Source: Octopus sinensis (taxonomy: Eukaryota). From it: a stretch of DNA of 64,000 nt. The stretch's first letter is position 1. Each line of letters begins with the position of its first letter. The notes beneath the pieces are model-generated. The model worked only from the letters and a program-made list of their open reading frames with translations. It was not told the DNA's origin and did not search any database. Shown here piece by piece: positions 38,640-53,223 of the stretch. The translations under genes and the position numbers were made by a program. The stretch covers positions 102,424,001-102,488,000 of the forward strand of contig NC_043003.1 in NCBI RefSeq assembly GCF_006345805.1, in the 5' to 3' direction.

Positions 38640-39550
38640 GTGTATGTGTGTGTGTTTGAGTTTGCATTTGTCTCCTACCACCGCTTTGCAACTGGTGTTG
38701 TAACTTAGTGGTTCAGCAAAAGAGAATGATAGAATAAGTAACAGGCTTGAAAAGAAAATAACTGCTGGGGGTCAATTAGTGTAACTAAAAAAATTCCTCA
38801 AGGCACTCCAGCATGGCCACAGTCTAATGAGTGAAATAAGAAAAAGTTAGAAGATGAAAAAATGATAAATAATAGTTTAAATATACAGAGAACAAAAGAT
38901 GAAGATAGGCGAGAGAAGAAGCAGGTGTATTAATTTGATGCTCAGGAAGAATGGAAGAGGTTTGACATTTCGAGCCTATGCTCCTCAATGTGGCTGTGTA
39001 GTTAAGAAGTCACTTCTCAACTCCATAGTTTAGAGGTTCAGTCCCACTGGGTTTTCTATTATAGCACTGGGTTAGTCAAAGTTTGTGAGTGGATTTGGTT
39101 GACAGAAATTGAACAAAGCCAGCAATTAAGCCAGTATTTTTACTCTTTTTTCCACCTTCTCTGTGGAGTGGCCCTCTGTAAGGGCTTACATCCCTCCAAT
39201 CAAAATGATAAAAATAGTAATACAGCAGAACTGCAATTAGTTTCTGCCCTGATGCAGAAATTAATGTTCATTTGGTGCTAAGCAATATTCAAATGACTAC
39301 AAAAGCTGCGCCAACTACATTATCATGGCTTTTGCAACACACAAGCAGAGAAATCTTCTGCACGGACATTAGTTATGTTAGAAATAGCACCAACATCTTT
39401 CTGTTTTTGAAAAATAAAATGAAGGCCCAGTGTACAATTGTTGAGATATGATAGAGGAAAGGATGGGATGGAATACCTTTCATCATAAATCTGATCAGGT
39501 TTCACCCTGAGCTAAACAACAACAACAACAACAGAAGCAGCAGCATCAGT

Positions 39551-39930
39551 GGAGGCGCAATGGCCCAGTGGTTAGGGCAGCGGACTCACGGTCGGAGGAT
39601 CGTGGTTTCGATTCCCAGACCGGGCATTGTATGTGTTTATTGAGCGAAAGCTCCACGAGGCTCCGGCAGGGGGTGGTGGTGACCCCTGTTGTACTCTTTT
39701 GCCCCAACTTTCTCTCACTCACTCTTCCTGTATTTTGTCCCCGACTTCCTACGCAACCGCTGAGCCTGGATGCGCATTCATCCATTCGTCGATGCTCTCA
39801 GTGTCGGGGGTTGACCTGCTTTCTTTTCTGTGGGTTTTATGAATAGCAAAGGACCATGTTTTGGACTTCTCCCATCTTGCAAGCTCTGGGACGAAGACCG
39901 TTCACTCAACAGCAACAGCAACAGCAGTAG
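39551..39930 (+). mobile_element. tRNA(Arg)-like-headed SINE, tail variant 2
   Basis: A-box tggcccagtgg, B-box-like ggtttcgattcc; (CAG/CAA)n tail; same tail as 49896. Confidence 0.88.
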
Positions 39931-40210
39931 CAACTACCATTACTACAGCCTCAACAACAATATAGAAACAAATACAAACAGATCATAAAAGCATTAAAGA
40001 AATCTGTGTGCTCCTTGGATTTTTTTTTTTAGATAAGTCATGATGTTTTAGGACTTTCTATAAAACACACACATACATGTATATGCACATATAAGTATAT
40101 GTGTGCATAAATATATATATGCATGTATGTATACATGTGTGTGTGTGTGTGCGTATACACACACACACACATATATATATAGTTATATATATTATATATG
40201 TATATATTTA

Positions 40211-40280
<70 letters not shown>

Positions 40281-41003
40281 TAAAGACTCATACATATACA
40301 CATTACATGTATAAGCAAGCACACAGTCACACATCGATTTAGACATATGTGTGCATATTATCAACTTAGCATATTTGCAAATGAGATTTTCTAAAATAGC
40401 TCTGAGATTTTTTTTATAAAAATCCAATTATAATTTCAGCTTGATTACTTGAATTTCTCTAATTAATGTGATAAACTGATTAACTTTTCATTATAGATCC
40501 AGCACAGTGATTATCATTTTCTCGCTCTTGTCTTATCTTAATGAAAGTCGTAATATTTCTAGAGTAGACCCTCCATATTTAGAATTCAGTTCAATAGGCT
40601 GAAATACTACTGAAATTACCTAATGCATTCCTGTATGCCAAGAATCAATAGCAAACAGAATTAAGGTTTGAAACTGTTGCTCCAAGGCAAATCATAAAAT
40701 AGACACATGTACCAAAATTTATACAGTATAACAAATAGTCATGTGCATAGAGAATAGCAAGAATCAAAAGTCCCTTATTTGAATGAGTGTATTGTGAACA
40801 CAAAATCTGAAAAGAGAAGTTATTCTCTCAAGGCAAAATTCAAAAGCGATTAGTACATTCAGGTTCATATCTGCAGGAACATTTTAAGAATGATTATGTA
40901 CATCATATTTTTTGATTCCTGCTGTTCCCATGCTTGCATACATCACTGAATAATTTGTTTGCTGAATTCTATAAACAAGGGCTACAATTCTTGTTTAGCA
41001 TCA

Positions 41004-41231
41004 TTAACCCTTTCGTTACCAACCCAGCTGAAACCAGCTCTGGCTCTGAGCACAAATATCATGTTTTCATAAGTTTTGAATTAAAATCTGCCACCAAACC
41101 TTAGTCACAATTTATATTCCTAACACTAGCCTAATGATAACTAAGTTATTTTACTAAATTCTTTGTTATATTTAAAATAATTGAAGGAAACACAGAGCAT
41201 CTCAAAATAAATACAGTAACGAAAGGGTTAA
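41004..41231. mobile_element. Complete piggyBac-like MITE with TTAA target duplication
   Basis: TTAA|ccctttcgttac..gtaacgaaaggg|TTAA: perfect 12-bp TIR plus TTAA on both sides. Confidence 0.85.
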
Positions 41232-43262
41232 TCCAAGAGTAGTTTTGACTGAAGGGACACAACAAGGTCAAAAAACTATGGAGTCTCAGACATCTTACAT
41301 CAGTTTATCAAATATAGTGAACACACAACATCTGAAAGAAGTTGTTTTCTTAAGGCAAAATACAATATTAGTTAGTTTATTCACATTCAAATCTGCAGAA
41401 TGTATTAAGAACGAATTTGTACATCATTGTTATGAGATACACTATAAAACTCCCAATTCAGTGAAATCTCTTAGCTAGGTTGATACTGAGAAACTGGAGT
41501 AACATTATTCACCCCACCATTTTTAATTACCATCAGAATCTTCAAATATACATAACAAGCTAAGCATTCATCTAGATACAATAAGCTGGGGCTACCCCAA
41601 TGCACAATATAATCCCAAACATTACATGATGTGATTTTAGATCAAAGAGATCAGGATTTATGGGTCAGCTCAGACATCTAATCACTTATTTTCAAACAAT
41701 AGATGAAATTGCACAGGGAATAAAATAATGGACTGCCTAATTATTGGTCGTGAGTAACCCTTTAGATCTAATCCACCTGAGACCATCTTTGGTCCTTTGA
41801 TGCAAACTTCCTGTTTTAAAGTGATTTAAATTAAAACTTTCCATTAAAATTTCCTGTGAATTATATTCTATGCATCAACATAAGAATGACAAAATTATTT
41901 TACTAAACTGTTCATTATTTAAAAAAAATTAATTGCAACAAAGCAATGTATTTCAATATACTAAAAAAAGGGTTTTAAATCCATTACAAGGCACAGGTGC
42001 GGCTGTGTGGTTAAGAAGCTTTTTTCCTAATCATATAATTTTGGGATCAACCCCACTGTGCAAACACCTTGCACGATTCTCTTCTACTATAGCTCTGGAC
42101 CAACCAAAACCTTGTGAGTGAATCTGGTAGATGGAAACTTAAAAAAGACAGTCATGTGTGTGTGTGAGTGTGTGTGTGTGTAAGTGTGTGTGAGTGTGTG
42201 TGTGAGTGTGTGCGTGTGCATTTGTATGTGTTTTTGGGTGTTCCCTTGATTGACACTATGTGATACTTGTCCTCACTGTATTACAAGCAATGTTGTTTGT
42301 TTCAAGTTTTCAATGGAAAACATCTCTGGCTATGAGAAAATATTACCTTTACTGACAAGCAGATGAGGGTTGATGGTAGGAAGTGCAGATAGCTATAGAA
42401 AATCTTCCTCAACAAATTCTGCTCAATCCATGCTAGCATGGAAAAGTGGTTGTTAAAATGATGATGATGATGATGGTGACTAGTATTTCATTCACCTAGG
42501 TGGGGATGTTACTTACAATAGACAGAAGTCCTATTCAGGTATGGTCTATTCTAAGTTTACATCATGCAAAGAAGCAAGCCCTAAGTACTGATCCATAAGA
42601 GCCAACTGAGGCTTAATTGACATCGGTGTGTAAGAGCAGAGATGACAAGAGATAGTTGACAGTAAGAGCAACAACAAGCTTTTCTTGACGAGATACTTAG
42701 AGCACCTACATATAATTGCTACACCTGCTAATACAATAAGCCATCTCCTTTACTGCATAAATCCAGATTGATGTAAGTGTTGGAAACATAACTTTAAAGT
42801 TCTAATCCCTAGGAAAACACAAGGTACACGGAGAAATACTCTTCAAGTATAAAGTCCCATATTTATAGAAGAGGAGAAATGAAGTTGTGAATTTCATGCT
42901 TTTCCCAAGAGCATTCTTTAAACAAAAGTTTACAGTTTGGGATCATATGATCCAAACCCTAATCCCTAACACAACACAAACTTATAAGAGACATCCTATC
43001 TAAATCAGCTGTTTTGTTAGTACAACAGTGAAATCTTTGCTTAAACAAACCTCATCTGTTCTAAATTCATTTCTAGGGAATTAGCGGATAGATGTCAAAA
43101 CCCCTAATTCCTGGTACAATATGATTCACTGAAAGAACTTCAACATGAGTCATATCTAAATAATTGATCTCTAAATAATTGACCTCCAGATAAAACACTA
43201 TTGTTTTCAATACTTGAACCTTATCATACATATCTTAATAGAAGGAAAACCCAGATAAGGTT

Positions 43263-44258
43263 TCACCCTTTTGTTACCATATATCTATTGGATTATATGA
43301 CCTTAGGTTCAATTAATTACGAAAATAACGAAGAATTTAGTAAAATAATTCTGATGTTTGGAACATAAATTAACATGAAATTTTGATGGAAAGTTTTAAG
43401 TTCACTTTAATCCTTTGTTACCATATTTCTGTTGAAATACACTGTCTCTAGGAGGCGCAATGGCCCAGTGGTTAGTACAGTGGACTCGCGGTCGTAGGAT
43501 CGTGGTTTCGATTCCCAGACCAGGCATTGTGAGTGTTTATTGAGCGAAAACACCTAAAGCTCCATGAGGCTCCGGCACAGGGTGGCGGTGAACCCTGATG
43601 TATTCTTTCACCACAACTTTCTCTCACTCTTTCTTCCTGTTTCTGTTGTACCTGTATTTCAAAGGGCCAGCCTTGTCACACTCTGTGTCACGCTGAATCT
43701 CCCTGAGAACTACGTTAAGGGTACCCGTGTCTGTGGAGTGCTCAGCCACTTGCATGTTAATAAATGAGCTGCAACATCACTGGTGCCAACCTGCATAAGC
43801 CTTTGCCTTTCCCTTGGATAACATCGGTGGTGTGGAGAGGGGAGGCTGGTATGCGTGGGTGACTGCTGGTCTTCCATAAACAACCTTGCCCAGACTTGTG
43901 CCTGAGAGGGTAACTTTCTAGGTGCAATCCCATGGCCATTCATGACCAAAGGAGGTCACACCCACACTCTCTGTTTCAATTAATTTCGAAAATAATGAAG
44001 AATTTAGTAAAATAGCTATCATTATTAAGCTTATGTGATTCCATCAACATCAGTTTTGCCTGTCATCTTTTTGGGGGCCAAGAAACAAAGTATCAGTCAG
44101 GCACTGGAAGTAATGTACTCAACTTGCCCCCTACTCCTAAATTTTCTGACCTTGTCTCAAAAATGAGAAAGAACTATTAAACAGGTATTTGGAACATGTA
44201 TGAAATTTTGAAAGTCTGTACTATAGAACTAGGGCAGCCTCGGGCAGGTTTGTATTAA
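43263..44258. mobile_element. Composite TTAA-type MITE interrupted by two SINE insertions
   Basis: MITE sequence stops at 43450, resumes near 43963 (gtttcaattaatttcg), is interrupted again at ~44035-44175 and ends ..aaaagtgttaa. Confidence 0.6.
43451..43962 (+). mobile_element. tRNA(Arg)-like-headed SINE, tail variant 3
   Basis: Same head and body as 39551, diverging after ctctcactctttcttcct. Confidence 0.85.
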
Positions 44259-44525
44259 AAGTGTTAAAGGAAGATTAATGGACTGATAGTGTATAATTTA
44301 CAGCAAATAAAACTTATTTTCAATATTCAATTCCAAATCTTAGCTATTTTATTTCACATACATTGCTGATTTTCTTTAAAAAAGATTGAATGCTACATGA
44401 TCTTATTTGTATGAGTGCCTGTGTATGTAGATATGCCTCTCAATGCATGTTTGTCATATATACAATCATTGTATATGGCAATTTTATGTATACATAAATC
44501 TATGTCCTTTGTAAAAATGACTACC

Positions 44526-44573
<48 letters not shown>

Positions 44574-45133
44574 TGTATATTTCTGTATGTTGACGCACAG
44601 AAGCCACAGTAGTTAACTATCTTTTTGCATTCTGCTGTATAATACCTTCACAAGATGACAAACAGCATGTAATGCCAGGCTTATTAGAAGAGCCAACTCT
44701 GTATATTTTTAGACACAGAAACAGATGATATTTTTTTACATCCATTTTATGAGTACATTTGTGAACACATTTATATGAATGTGCTTGTATCTTTTCCATC
44801 ATTGGGGGCCAGTAAAAAAGAGAGAGAGAGAGAGAAATTGGTAAGGTAGCTCTTAATGACGAACCCTTTCCATCAAGAATGGTAGCACAATCATAGCCAC
44901 TACAACCACTATCACTTGCAATAACAACAACAGCAACAATCAACAACAGATACAATAATGGCTTCATCGATATTAAGTCTGCCCAGAGCTATAATGGTTA
45001 TACACTTCTACTGAGGGGAGGGTGACACAACATTATGCGTATAACAAGCAGCTAGACATCCACAGTCACATAAAGAAGTACACCAATTAACAAATAGCTA
45101 CGTAGTGTACATACGTAGTGTACATACATAGCT

Positions 45134-45195
<62 letters not shown>

Positions 45196-45907
45196 TCAGC
45201 TATATGTGTAACTACTTAAATGTAAATAAATATTGTCAAATACCATACAACATGAATTCTTGAGTGAATCAATATTATCTCTGCGTGCAGTGGATGTATC
45301 ATAATTATCAAATGGTAATTAAGACCAGTTCCAGTTGAGAAGGGGATTGAAGAACGTTGTACTGCTGGTTACTAACCAACAACTGCATATACATGCCAAC
45401 AGATACAGGCGTTTAGGCCTAAGTCAGCAGAAACCATGAGAAGATAAAAGGTGTTGGTGGTTAGTGAAATGATGTCAATTTCTGTGTGCATGTGTGGACA
45501 AAAGGCATCCCCCCCACCACGTCCACATGGAAAGATATGTGGTAGTGTTTTCTTTTTGTAATGTTATTATCACCACCTCCATCATACATATTATTTCATA
45601 TACATATTATTAACATTACCATCATGCATGTCACCTTAATTAGATCAGAGTTACCTTCAGCCTCAATATCATCTAACTTCAGTATTCATTATCCTTCTTG
45701 ATTGTTATAGTTATTGTAGTTGTGTTCCTTCCACTCCTGTGTGAAAGAAATAACAGGAGTAACTCCAAATACTCAACAGAATTTACCTGAGTTCAGCCAG
45801 GTAAATTTCCTTAACTTAGTAAGTTGTAAGTATTTGAGGTTTGAATATGTTATGCTGGCTGCAAAATATTATGAAAGATGATATTTCATAATTGAATTTT
45901 TATGTAT

Positions 45908-46288
45908 TTTAACCTTCTTGATGCTAATTCATCTCAGACGGTCTCTGGTTTCATGATACAAACAGCTTATTTCAAAGTGATCCAAACCAAATCCTTCTGT
46001 CAAAATTTCATGTTAATTTATGTTCCAAACACCTGCTAATTTATGCCAAAGTTATTTCACCAAATCCTACATTATTGAAGCAAAGACAGTGGATTTTGAC
46101 AGAAGTATGGTAACAAAGGGATTAAAGTGGTCAGAATTAAAAGCTATCATCAAAATTTCCCATGAATTATGTTTCAAACACTTGCTCAACTCTGCTGAAG
46201 TTATTTTACTAAATTCTTCACTATTTTCAAAATTAATTGAAGCAGAATCAGTGTATTTTGACAGAAATATGGTAACAAAAGGGTTTTA
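45908..46288. mobile_element. TTAA-type MITE with a duplicated end
   Basis: atggtaacaaag(g)g end occurs twice (~46120 and ~46283). Confidence 0.6.
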
Positions 46289-47044
46289 ATGATGGGAAAA
46301 ATGTATCTTCTGACTAAAACTTAAATCTTGATGCCCTTAGTTCTGTGTTTTTAACCATTCCATAAAGATGTACTTCACTTCATAACAGTTTTATAAGACA
46401 CATTCTGCCGAGGTCGTCTTTGCCTTTCATCATTTTGGGGTCAATAAATTAAGTACCAGTTGTATATTGGAGTCAATCTAATCAACTGCCCCCCCCCTCC
46501 CCCAAAATTTCAGGCCATGTGCCTAAAGTAGAAAAACAGTTTTATAAGATAGAATTCTATGAAAGGAAGTTTTAAAATAAGGAGATTAATTTCCAGATGT
46601 ATTTGAACTAGTGATCTCTTAATTAAAATACTTCTTAAAAAATCTGCCAACAATTTGTACTTTTAGCAATCAAGGTCAGAGTGTAATCTCTAAAGAGAAC
46701 CATGTCAAATGTCTTTTTTCCCAAACATCAAATGTTATATTTTAAAGTCAATTAGACTTCAGAAAGTGTCTCTTTGTCTGTTTACCTCAAACATCAATAA
46801 CAAAACTGACGACAATTGCGAACAGTAGCAACAGCATCAATGGTTACAACTACCACAGCAGCAGTAACAACAGTAACAACAGCAATAACAAGATTGACTA
46901 CAACAACAACAACAATGGAAACAACAACAACAAAAACAACCACAAGAACAACAAAAGTAGTTACACCAACAAGCCAATCTATGCATGGATGCCTGACCTG
47001 CAGGAAATAGCAGCCAGGTTTCCCACAATTCATGTCTTATCAAA

Positions 47045-47930
47045 AAAAAAAAAAATAGGGATCTTTTCAGTTTGGCTGCCCCTGTGGAAATTTTAAAATT
47101 TAGTGTATTGATGTAATTTTTAATGCTGATTTTCAGGAGATTATTCACTTTTTCCAGAAAATTTTTAAAAAGAAGTTACAAAGGTTTAAAGTTTGATCAT
47201 TTTTACCCAGTCAGAAGACAGGATTTGGAAGCTGTTATTTTGTGCGTGACAACATGTGTTGTCAACTGTAAAGAAACGAAATATTGGTGGAATTCTATTT
47301 TATGCACGCCATATAACCCATCAAAACAATTTTTACTTTTTGGAATTTTCAGAAAATGTTTGCGAATTTGTGTTCTACACACAGGAATTCAAACGATTAT
47401 ACAAAAAGAAAAAAGAATTTTGTGCGTTTATTAAAGCCTATTTAGCAGTTATTTTTAGCACATCTCATACCGTATGTGTTTAAGCATTTAAGTAACAAAA
47501 TGAACACATGATAAGCAGCCCGACAACACTTGGCTTGTTACTATGGACACGTGTCTGTGGCTTTCGACTGGCTAAAATTACGCAAAATTTGCTAACTTTA
47601 AAAGCTATTAACTTTTTATTTATTGTTTTATGGCGAAAATGAATTCCATGTCTATGATTACTTTACAAAACTGAAAATAATACGCCAGTTAAGAAATCAA
47701 CAGGAACAAAAGTTGAAGAAATTGAAAAGGTCCGAAAATACTGTCTCATCTGGTCAGTGTATGCTTAAAGATTAACTAAACTGCATAACTTTAAACACCT
47801 GTAATTTCATGATTATTATCTTCTAGAAAAAATTGAACGTGATTTTCGTGATCAGCATACGAAACTGCATCAGAACTACGTTTTGAAAATAATCTAATGA
47901 AAAATTTGAACATGTTGGAAGACAATATGA
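47045..47930. mobile_element. Probable non-autonomous DNA transposon with degenerate subterminal inverted repeats
   Basis: atgctgat..ttca.ttttt.cagaa..gaagttaca..gtttaaagtt (47120-47195) is mirrored by aactttaaac..tgtaatttc..ttctagaaaaaattgaa..atcagcat (47788-47858). Boundaries are uncertain. Confidence 0.45.
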
Positions 47931-48658
47931 GGGAAAAAAAGTAGTGGGGTTTCACAGAATGCTTTCGAATCAGAGGTCACCTCGACCTGATCTAACTTGT
48001 AGCTAAATTACAATATGAGCAGATGCAGTTTTTTGACAAACACCGAAAACAGTAATAACCTTTCTACTATAAGTCACAAGGCCTGAAATTTGGGGATGGC
48101 GGCGGGGATCTAGTCGATGACATCGACCCCAGTCCTAAACTGGTACTTATTTTATCGACCCGGAAGGATGACAGGCAAAGTCAACTCCGTCGGAATTTGA
48201 ACTCAGACACGAAGTCAGATGAAATGACGATAAGCATTTTGCTCGGCGTGCTAACGGTTCTGCCAGCTCGCCGCCTTCGAGAACAGTAATAACAATAACT
48301 ATCATAGCAACAATGCTTAAACTACGACAATGATCACAACAACCACCATAAATCACTAACCACTACAACTACGACACCGACTATAAAAACAATAACAACA
48401 CTGAAAAAAGAAAAGAAAAGATAAAGTTCCTTGCGAGTCATATTGACTCACGGGGCTGGTTTTCATGGCATATATATATTCCCCAAAGGAGGGATGCCGG
48501 TCCGTGGCAGGAATAGGCCTACACATTTTAGCCAGCTGAATGGACTGGAATAACGCGAAATAAAGTATTTTGCTCAAGTACACAACGTATTGCCCGGTCC
48601 GGGAATCGAAACTATAATCTTAAAATCATGAATCTTACAAATCATTTTGTAAATTCTA

Positions 48659-48701
<43 letters not shown>

Positions 48702-48758
48702 ATATATATATATATATAATATATATATGTATGTATAATATATATATATATATGTATG

Positions 48759-48805
<47 letters not shown>

Positions 48806-49895
48806 TATATGTATGTATAATATATATATATATATATATGTATGTATATATACATATACATAAACATGTATGTGTGTGTGTGCCTTTGTACACCACATTA
48901 CCGCTTGATAACCGATGTGGCTGTGTTTATGTCCCCGTAACGAGACAGATAGAATAAGTACAGGTTTAGAAAACAAGCCCTGCAGTTCGATTTGTTCACC
49001 CAAAACCCTTCAAAGTGGTGCTCCAGCATGGCCGCAGTCAAATGACTAGAACAAGTAAAAAAAATAAAAGAATTAAAAAAAAAACTCCATTGCAAAAAAA
49101 AAAAAAATTGCAAAAGCAGTATTGTGGGATTTCTATTAGTTGTTGGTGTTCGGGGAAAGAATGAATATCACAACCTCATATTAATTACATATCGTTATAT
49201 AAATCTCAGGCAACCTTTATGGTTTATAGTACAAAAAGGGGAAAAAATGTAAGAAATGACAAATCGGGAAAAGAGAAATCTGATAAAAACACGGGAAAAA
49301 ATATTAATTGAAGAGAAATTTGTTGTAAGTCATTTCGTGTGATGTGATTTATTGTGAAGGAGTTTGTAGAACAGTTACAGGCTTTCTCAATGTTAGCAAC
49401 CACCCTCGACCATCACCATTACTGCCAACACTGCTACCAACATCGACCACTAAAACTGCTGCCGCCCGTTAGAACCACGACCAAAACACTACCATCACCA
49501 TCACTGATCACTGGAACCACCATCAACACCACCATCATCGACCACCGAAGCCGCCGCCGCCACCGCCACCATGAATCCAAAAGTGCAATAATAGGAGGAA
49601 AAGTAAATCGAATGATTTCCTGGAGTTTTCTGATTTATATTCTTTCCTGTTACTGAATGGTGGCAATAGGGTGGTGGTGGTCGAGGTAGGAAGTAGTAAC
49701 AACAGTACTGGAAGCTGTGAGGTGACTGAATAGTGTTGGGGTGGGGAGAGATCAACGGTGATTAGTAGAAAGTAGGTGGAGACGATTAGAGCAGGCGATA
49801 GTGGTGTGTGACGTTGGCATCTTTGTTTCCTTCCAGAGGTGTCCAGTCACTACTCGGAAAACGTCACCACCACCACCACCACCACTACCACCAGT

Positions 49896-50240
49896 GGAGG
49901 CGCAATGGCCCAATGGTTAGGGCAGCAGACTCGAGGTCGGAGGATCGCGGTTTCGATTCCCAGACCGGGCGTTGTGTGTGTTTATTGAGCGAAAACACCT
50001 AAAAGCTCCACGAGGCTCCGGCAGGGGTGGTGGCGACCCCTGTTGTACTCTTTCGCTCCAACTTTCTCTCACTCTTTCTTCTTGTTTATTGTCCCCGACT
50101 TCCTACGACCATCAATGCTCTCGGTGTCGGGGGTTGACCTGCTTTCTCTTCTGCGGGTCTTACGAATAGCAAAGGACCACGTTTCGGACTTCTCCCGAAG
50201 ACCGCTTCGCTCAACAGCAACAGCAACCACCACCACCAAC
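49896..50240 (+). mobile_element. tRNA(Arg)-like-headed SINE, tail variant 2 (CpG-intact)
   Basis: Same as 39551 with two internal deletions. Confidence 0.88.
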
Positions 50241-52529
50241 AACAACAACAACAATCACCATCAGTAAGGTACAATATGGGGGGAACCTCTACGCGTTCAC
50301 TTGACCGGCTAAAAAGAGAGATCAAATTTTCCTCAAGTTTCTCTCAATCACCTTAAAAAACAGACTCACTGAAAATGAAAAATGACGAATGGTTTACGGC
50401 TCGAATGCCTTTGGTCATAGACCGTTCAATCAAGACTGACCAGGAGCGAAACAAGAAAAAAGCAACCAGACTGTTCCCATGTTACATTCTACAATCTTTA
50501 AAATGTAGTTCTCGATACAGTAGTCCTGAAAAGATGGGGCGGCCATGGTTGGAATGTCTTTGAGTTGGGGTTAAACAACAAAAGTAGCTACATCGTTGCC
50601 AAAAAGACCTATACAACCATTTCTAACCAGTTGCCACTACACCATCACCACCACCACCACCACGAGACAATAAGTGGTTACGCAGTCTGCTAGAAATAAC
50701 AGTGAAATTTTCTCAAAAATTGTGCTTCGACGGCGCCAGGCCAAGGGAAGCCCTGGCTCGCGAAATTTAATTTTAATGTGACCAGTCACACCCTATTTTA
50801 TTTCATGTTCGTGCTTTTCTTTTCACTGGAGTCTCACTTGATGTATTTCCGGGACAGACCTCGCTAATTTGTCGCTGTAGTGCGTTTGCTTCTCATTAAA
50901 TTTGTTAAACAGAAACCAATGGATTAATACCGTAAATAATATCTTCCTTACTTTGGCATTTTATTTCCTGTCTCTCTTATTTTCGGCACAAGGCCCGAAA
51001 TTTTTGAGGAGGGGGACCAGTCGATTAGATCGACCCCAGTACGCAACTGGTACTTAATTTATCGACCCCGAAAAGATGAAAGGCAAAGTCGACCTCGGCG
51101 GAATTTGAACTTGACGCTAAATAATGATTAAGTAAAGTGCATGCCTAGGTCCAAAAGCTTTTACAAACAACGTCTATTTTTTCAATTTTAATATCAACAC
51201 AAACATAGGCATATTAATAATTATTATTACTATATTTGTACAGTAACCAGATCAGATAAATCCAATGATGGAAGAGTAATGTTTCAAATCTCTCCAAAAA
51301 CGTTTCTACTCTCGTTCGTGCAAAAAGGATGTTCAAAATGTCTTCATTGCCCCAACAAAATTTTAGGGAGAACGCTTGCACACCTTAGAACCCTCCCCCA
51401 ACTGTTCCTGAACCTATGATTAAGTAAAGGTAAGTCTTCACGTGTTTTTGAATGGCTATTACCTACGGTCGCAGGTCAAATCACCAGACATGTACGACAC
51501 CGAAATTCCAACAGCTTCAACCAGGCTATCAAAATCCTACGTTTGTTACATACTGCCTAGAGAAGACAACTTCTTTTCATAAAATATTGAGTCTTACTTG
51601 AGCAATAGAACCACTTATTAATCAAATAATCAGCAACCATGTTACATGAAACTAATTCCGCCGTTTAACTCCGATTAGCAAGCACCGCCTCCTTTTTCTG
51701 ACATCTTCGTGAAATTACTCTAACTAGACTTTTCAGCAGTGGCGGCTCGTGTATAGGCACTGCAGAACTGCAGCACCCCCTATTTCCACTCGATATTACT
51801 GATAACATTCTATATAATGAATCCATTTTTCTTTAATTCATTCTTTATACTTGTACATTAAGCTTAATGTCAGTAGCCATCCCCTAGTTTATGAAAAAAT
51901 ACAAAAATCCTTGTATAGAACTGTACGTTTCACAGATCCAGCGACGCAGTGTTTGGCTTTTGTGCGCATGCTCACATGTTTCGAGATAGGAAGCTGCATG
52001 CTAGGGAAAGAGAGCACTATGGTTCACACAGTGCCGACCCTGGTGTGCTGGTAGTGTTTCTTTTTGACTCCGCGTGTGTTGTGCCTAAAAACGTGTTTAT
52101 ATTCTTGAATATGATAAAGTGAAGAATTAGATTATTATCCTGCTTCCAGCTACAGTGTTGCTGCCAGGATTTGAAAAATAGGGCGGATTTCCCCACCCCT
52201 TATTTAGTGAATTTTGTACTTTTGGCCGTTAAAAGAAATCATACTCATCATCATCCTCATCGAAGTTTTTTTTTTTTTACATCACCACCACCACCACACC
52301 ACCATCATAACTGCAATGCGGTAAATGACAGGATCCGTAGCGCACAAAGAAAAAAAATAATAGTAAACAAGAGCACTCAAAGAGCGCAAACCTTCGCCAA
52401 GGCAACACCAACGTCCTCTCAATGATTAGACTGAGATGATTTTTAAAATGAGAATATCTGAATTAAACTCGACTACTCTCACAAACGAGAATATTAAAGA
52501 TGAACCGGACCGCTCTCAAAAATTAAGTA

Positions 52530-52720
52530 AATAAAAACAGGAAAAACAATCCAGTATCCTTGTCCCCAAATCTAATCAGTTGGTGCCAGTCACGAGGCCA
52601 AACATCCCTGAAAGTTTCATCCGAATCCATCCAGCGGTTCTTGAGATATCTTGTCCACGGACAAACAAACACAACTGGACACAATACCTCTGCCTTCGCT
52701 GAGGCAGAGGTAATAAACTC
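52530..52720 (-). mobile_element. Helentron/DINE-like element end with 11-bp hairpin
   Basis: tacctctgcct-tcgctg-aggcagaggta (52685-52712), followed on the minus strand by gtttgtttgtcc..ggattcggatgaaacttt core. Confidence 0.5.
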
Positions 52721-53143
52721 TCCTTCAGTAAAAACCACTTAGTTCTATGTCTCTTTATGAGTTCAGTTCAAATTCTGATAGGTTCAACGACTTTTGCATT
52801 CATCCTGGCAAGGTCGATGCAATAAAAAAAAACAACACCACGACAATAAAACAAAACGATAAAAAAAAATCAAGCAAAAAAAACACATTTACTGAATCGA
52901 ATTAATCGATTATGCTTCCTCTAAAATTTGTAACCTTCTCTTTTAGAAATCAATATTATCACAATTGCTTCCATTATTGTAACTTTTATAGATGATATTT
53001 TCATTCTTTGCCTTCCTGCTCTGGTTGCTCTTGGCACTAAAAGTTTGTCCTGACGTTGCTTCAATTGTGGTTTGTGGCATAAAGGGTTTTTTTCTTCTTT
53101 TTATTAGTTTTGTACCGTTGTCTTTTAACTGGTGGCAAAAGCC

Positions 53144-53191
53144 TTATTATTATTATTGTTATTGTTATTGTTATTATTATTATTATTATTA

Positions 53192-53223
<32 letters not shown>

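Noticed and set aside
39551-39625. tRNA-Arg gene calls at the SINE heads (also 8290-8358, 43451, 49896)
   Set aside because: The cloverleaf is incomplete and each continues into a shared SINE body.
51737-51790. cagtggcggctcgtg, resembling a hAT-type TIR
   Set aside because: I could not find a matching inverted end in the window.
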